A stretch of DNA of 63,469 nt. It comes from an uncultured Ignatzschineria sp. Its GTDB lineage: Bacteria; Pseudomonadota; Gammaproteobacteria; Cardiobacteriales; Wohlfahrtiimonadaceae. The position numbers and the translations under genes are program-made. Where the stretch lies: contig CANRON010000001.1 in the NCBI GenBank assembly GCA_947632245.1, forward strand, positions 1 through 63,469, written 5' to 3'. The notes beneath the pieces are model-generated. The model saw nothing but the letters and a program-made list of their open reading frames with translations. It was not told where the DNA came from and searched no databases. This document shows positions 60,002 through 63,469 of this stretch, piece after piece; position 1 is the first letter of the stretch; each line of letters begins with the position of its first letter.

Positions 60002-61207
60002 ATGCCGACATTGGAAAAATATCATGATCTTACGGATTTAAATAGCAGAGCGGCACCGATATTTATGCTAGTTGCCGGTGAGTTATCGGGTGATCTTTTG
60101 GGCGGCGGATTAATACGTGCTTTAAAGTCCGTTTATCCTGAGGCTAAGTTTTTTGGTATTGGTGGGTCTGAGATGATCGCTGCGGGACTTGAGTCGATTG
60201 AGCCTATTGATACGCTCTCAGTGATGGGGTTGGTGGAGATTTTGAAAGATCTCCCCCGATTATTTAAGGTTAAACGAAATCTAGTCAATGAAGCGAGTAC
60301 GCGTAAACCCATTTGTTTCATCGGTATTGATGCCCCTGATTTTAATCTGCGTTTGGCAAAAGATTTAAAGCGGCAAGGTATTCCAACACTGCAATATGTT
60401 TCCCCTTCTGTTTGGGTGTGGCGAGAGGGGCGAGTGAAAACGATTCGGAAAAATATTGATCGTGTTTTATGCCTTTTCCCTTTCGAGGTTGATTTTTATC
60501 ATAAGCATAATGTTGATAGTATTTGTGTCGGGCATCGTTTAGGGGATGAAATCCCTTTGGTGAGTGATGTTCTTTTGGCGAAGGAGAGGCTGAATCTTGA
60601 TGTAGAACGGGATTATTTAGCAATCTTGCCGGGAAGTCGTAGGGGAGAAATATCCCGATTATTGACAGACTTTTTGGATGCTTTAAGTTTTATTTCTGAA
60701 AAAAGACCTTCCCTTGAGTATTTAATACCGGCAGCGACGCCTAAAATTTATGATCTTATTCAAGAAGGCATCAGTGAGCTACCTAAGGAGATCCGGGGAA
60801 AAGTGCATCTGTTTCAAGGGCAATCGAGAGAAGTTATGGCGGCCTCAAAATCAGTGTTACTCGCATCAGGAACGGCAGCGTTAGAAGCGATGCTGCTTAA
60901 AAAGACGATGGTGGTATGTTATAAGTTTAGTGGCTTTACTGCTTGGTTAGCGCCCAAAATTGTGAATATTACCCATTTTTCATTACCGAATATTCTTTCA
61001 AAAGAGCCGCTAGTGACAGAATTATTTCAATCTGAAGTGACGCCGGAAAATATTGCGCGAGAGGTTGAGCTTAGCCTTGCTGATAGTACTGAGAATCTTG
61101 GTAAGATACAGAAGTTTACAGAAATCCATCAATCATTAAGATTGCATTCAGATACTGCGGCTTGTAATGCCGTATTAGCATTATTGAGAGATCGTGGAGC
61201 ATTATAG
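60002..61207 (+). CDS. lpxB: Lipid-A-disaccharide synthase
   Basis: AGELSGD, IDAPDFN, YVSPSVW.WR, LPGSR..E, SGTA.LE, SLPN. Confidence 0.96.
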   Translation: MPTLEKYHDLTDLNSRAAPIFMLVAGELSGDLLGGGLIRALKSVYPEAKFFGIGGSEMIAAGLESIEPIDTLSVMGLVEILKDLPRLFKVKRNLVNEASTRKPICFIGIDAPDFNLRLAKDLKRQGIPTLQYVSPSVWVWREGRVKTIRKNIDRVLCLFPFEVDFYHKHNVDSICVGHRLGDEIPLVSDVLLAKERLNLDVERDYLAILPGSRRGEISRLLTDFLDALSFISEKRPSLEYLIPAATPKIYDLIQEGISELPKEIRGKVHLFQGQSREVMAASKSVLLASGTAALEAMLLKKTMVVCYKFSGFTAWLAPKIVNITHFSLPNILSKEPLVTELFQSEVTPENIAREVELSLADSTENLGKIQKFTEIHQSLRLHSDTAACNAVLALLRDRGAL

Positions 61208-61828
61208 ATGCAGCAAATAGATTTAGGATTTTCTTTAGAGAGTATGGGAAGCGCAGATAATGATGAGTTGATCGCGGGTGTAGATGAAGCGGGAAGAGGG
61301 CCATTGTGTGGGGATGTTTTTGCTGCAGCTGTGATTTTAGACCCCGACAATCCTATTGAAGGATTGGATGATTCAAAAAAGCTGACGGAAGCAAAAAGAG
61401 CAAAGTTATCTCTAGAGATTAAAGCAAAGGCAAAATCTTGGGCGATCGCAAGTAGTAGTGTTGCAGAAATTGATGAAATAAATATCTTACAAGCAACATT
61501 GTTAGCGATGAGGAGGGCTGTGGAGAAATTGCCTATTAAACCGAGTTTATTGCGTGTCGATGGTAATCAAGATCCAAAGAGCGATGTAAGGGCGGAAACT
61601 ATTATTAAAGGAGATGCGTTATTTGCTGAAATCAGTGCTGCCTCAATTCTTGCAAAGCATGCGAGGGATCAATCGATGATTGAAGCAGATAAAATATATC
61701 CTGAGTATGGTTTTGCAAAGCATAAAGGTTATGGGACGAAGGCACATATGGCGGCACTTCTTGAAAATGGCGTAACCCCCTTGCATAGAACTTCTTTCGC
61801 ACCGATTCGAAAATTAATTTCAGAATAA
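61208..61828 (+). CDS. rnhB: Ribonuclease HII
   Basis: [36 protein letters not shown]. Confidence 0.96.
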   Translation: MQQIDLGFSLESMGSADNDELIAGVDEAGRGPLCGDVFAAAVILDPDNPIEGLDDSKKLTEAKRAKLSLEIKAKAKSWAIASSSVAEIDEINILQATLLAMRRAVEKLPIKPSLLRVDGNQDPKSDVRAETIIKGDALFAEISAASILAKHARDQSMIEADKIYPEYGFAKHKGYGTKAHMAALLENGVTPLHRTSFAPIRKLISE

Positions 61829-61908
61829 ACAGTTGATAATGTCGAGATAAAGACAATAAATTTAAAACATAGTAGAATGTTGGACAAATATTTTGTAAAA
61901 GGTCAAAA

Positions 61909-62439
61909 ATGAAGAATTCTAAATGGATCGATTTTATCGTAGGACTTTTTGTTCTAAGTGGTGTGATTGCTTTTGCATGGCTCGCATTTAATGCTAGCAA
62001 TGCAACAACCGGAATGGGTGGGGGAAAACCGATTCAGGTGACAGCATCATTTACCAATATCGGCTCTTTAAAAGTAAAGGCGCCGGTAATGATTGCTGGG
62101 GTTCGAGTCGGTCAAATTAATAATATTGCATTAGATCATAATAACTATAAGGCTGTAGTGACGATGTCCCTAGACAGTAGTGTTCCTATTCCCCAAGATA
62201 CGATTGCAGCGATTAATACTTCGGGATTAGTGGGTGAGCAATACATCGCACTTGATCCAGGTGGTGCTGAAAAGACGCTTCAAAATGGTGATCGTATTCG
62301 TATGACACAAGATGCATTTGTGATGGAGCGATTGATTGGTCAATTGATGGCGTCATTTGGCGGCAGTAAAGGCGATGACTCAAAAGTAGATGACGATAAG
62401 ACTGAAAGCACATTTAAGCCCGGGTCACTATTAGACTAA
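61909..62439 (+). CDS. mlaD: Outer membrane lipid asymmetry maintenance MCE protein
   Basis: VGLFV TM anchor, F.NIG.LK..APV..AGV.VG, TSGL.GEQYI, TQ.A..E.LIGQ. Confidence 0.88.
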   Translation: MKNSKWIDFIVGLFVLSGVIAFAWLAFNASNATTGMGGGKPIQVTASFTNIGSLKVKAPVMIAGVRVGQINNIALDHNNYKAVVTMSLDSSVPIPQDTIAAINTSGLVGEQYIALDPGGAEKTLQNGDRIRMTQDAFVMERLIGQLMASFGGSKGDDSKVDDDKTESTFKPGSLLD

Positions 62440-62483
62440 AGGTTGAATCTATGACAGTGTTATTTCAATTAAGTACTATTTAA

Positions 62484-63203
62484 ATGCAAGAGCATGAAAA
62501 TTTATTAAACCGGACCGAAGGTGTCGTGCTTCATAAGCGCCCCTTTAAAGAGTCCGGTTTTTTAGTTGATCTTTTTACAAGAGACCACGGACGGATTACT
62601 GTATTTGCCAGAGGTAGGGCGAATCCTAAAAAGCCGCTTAATCATCTGGAGCTGTTTACTTATAGTGCCTGGTATTTAAAAGAGGGGCGTGCTTTTTATT
62701 TTATTCAAGCATTTGATAGTCTCTTTTCTTTTCGTCTGAAGGGGCGAGAGATATGGACGGCATATTATTTAAACGAGTTACTCCTGCGAACGCTTCCTAA
62801 AGAGCAACCAGCGGAGGAGCTCTTTGAAATTTATTATAGAGTGCTAGTAGTATTAAAAGAAGGCGCTGAGATAGAGCCTTATCTTCGTCAGTTTGAAAGT
62901 ACCCTGTTGGCGTATTTGGGAATACTTCCTGATCTTATGTATGATGCTGCGGGAGATGATATTGTTGCGGATAAAATCTATTTCCTTTCGTATGAAGAGG
63001 GCGTTTTACCGATTGAGTACCCCGGTACATTTAGGGTGCAAGGTGCGCTTTTATTGAAGATTAATGAAGGAGTAGCGCTAGATAGGGCTGACTCTCTCTC
63101 TTATCGGAATATGATGCGTTACCTTCTTTCGCCCTTATTGGGTGTAGAGCCTTTGCAGTCTCGAGTATGGATGCAGAAACTTTATGGGAAAGGTCGTGTT
63201 TAG
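62484..63203 (+). CDS. recO: DNA repair protein RecO
   Basis: VLH.RP.KES...DLFT..HG, YLNELL.R, LR.FE..LL..LG, L...PL.SR. Confidence 0.88.
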   Translation: MQEHENLLNRTEGVVLHKRPFKESGFLVDLFTRDHGRITVFARGRANPKKPLNHLELFTYSAWYLKEGRAFYFIQAFDSLFSFRLKGREIWTAYYLNELLLRTLPKEQPAEELFEIYYRVLVVLKEGAEIEPYLRQFESTLLAYLGILPDLMYDAAGDDIVADKIYFLSYEEGVLPIEYPGTFRVQGALLLKINEGVALDRADSLSYRNMMRYLLSPLLGVEPLQSRVWMQKLYGKGRV

Positions 63204-63418
63204 CGTGATTTGAGTTGAAGTTACTAATGTTTTCTCCCCAAGTTTATGAGATGTATCGCCAATATACCATGCTACTTGTTCGATATAAATTTACCAAACG
63301 ATGTACAAAAGTAGTAAATATCTCGATGATATCGTTTATTTGTGAAATAAAGATAGCGATTTAACATAGGTTTAATCGGTGTTTTATTGCGGTGGTTAAA
63401 ACTTGATCAGGTTTTTAG

Positions 63419-63455
63419 TTGCAAGAATTTTGAAAGCGCGTATTATACATCTCCT
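63419..63455 (+). promoter_or_regulatory. Stable-RNA (rRNA/tRNA)-type sigma70 promoter
   Basis: TTGCAA - 16 bp - TATTAT followed by C-rich ACATCTCCTC; no ORF follows before the window ends. Confidence 0.5.
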
Positions 63456-63469
63456 CAGGCAACACAGAG

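Noticed and set aside
1-63469. CRISPR arrays, IS elements, integrases, prophage, toxin-antitoxin or defence genes, tRNA and rRNA genes
   Set aside because: No spaced direct repeats, transposase or integrase motifs, or tRNA cloverleaf seen by eye; nearly every long ORF has a housekeeping assignment

Overview
This is a core-genome window from an AT-rich Gammaproteobacterium. The protein sequences are consistent with the Ignatzschineria/Wohlfahrtiimonas group, but that is an impression and was not tested. It holds about 57 densely packed genes: uvrB, lon-hupB, nth/rnfB, mutY, trpS, truA, lepA-lepB-rnc-era, the pyrH-frr-uppS-cdsA-dxr-rseP-bamA-skp-lpxD-fabZ-lpxA-lpxB-rnhB cluster, purU, uraA, cysE, trmJ and a comEA-fimT competence pair. 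I found no tRNA, rRNA gene, CRISPR array, IS, integrase or defence system, and no clearly novel multi-gene system. The window ends in what looks like a stable-RNA-type promoter. The most notable items are at protein level: (1) BamA with a ~69-aa Cys-containing insertion in POTRA1, (2) a short-type PabB with an eroded chorismate-binding motif and an insertion, overlapping a PabC-like gene, (3) an orphan membrane-anchored protein with 42-residue TPR repeats, (4) a nitronate monooxygenase-family protein with Met in place of the conserved His, and (5) a RibN-like riboflavin transporter with no room for an FMN riboswitch. Many normally conserved operons are also broken, and there are several unexplained palindromes and repeats in intergenic DNA. 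All calls rest on motif recognition by eye, with no database searches.
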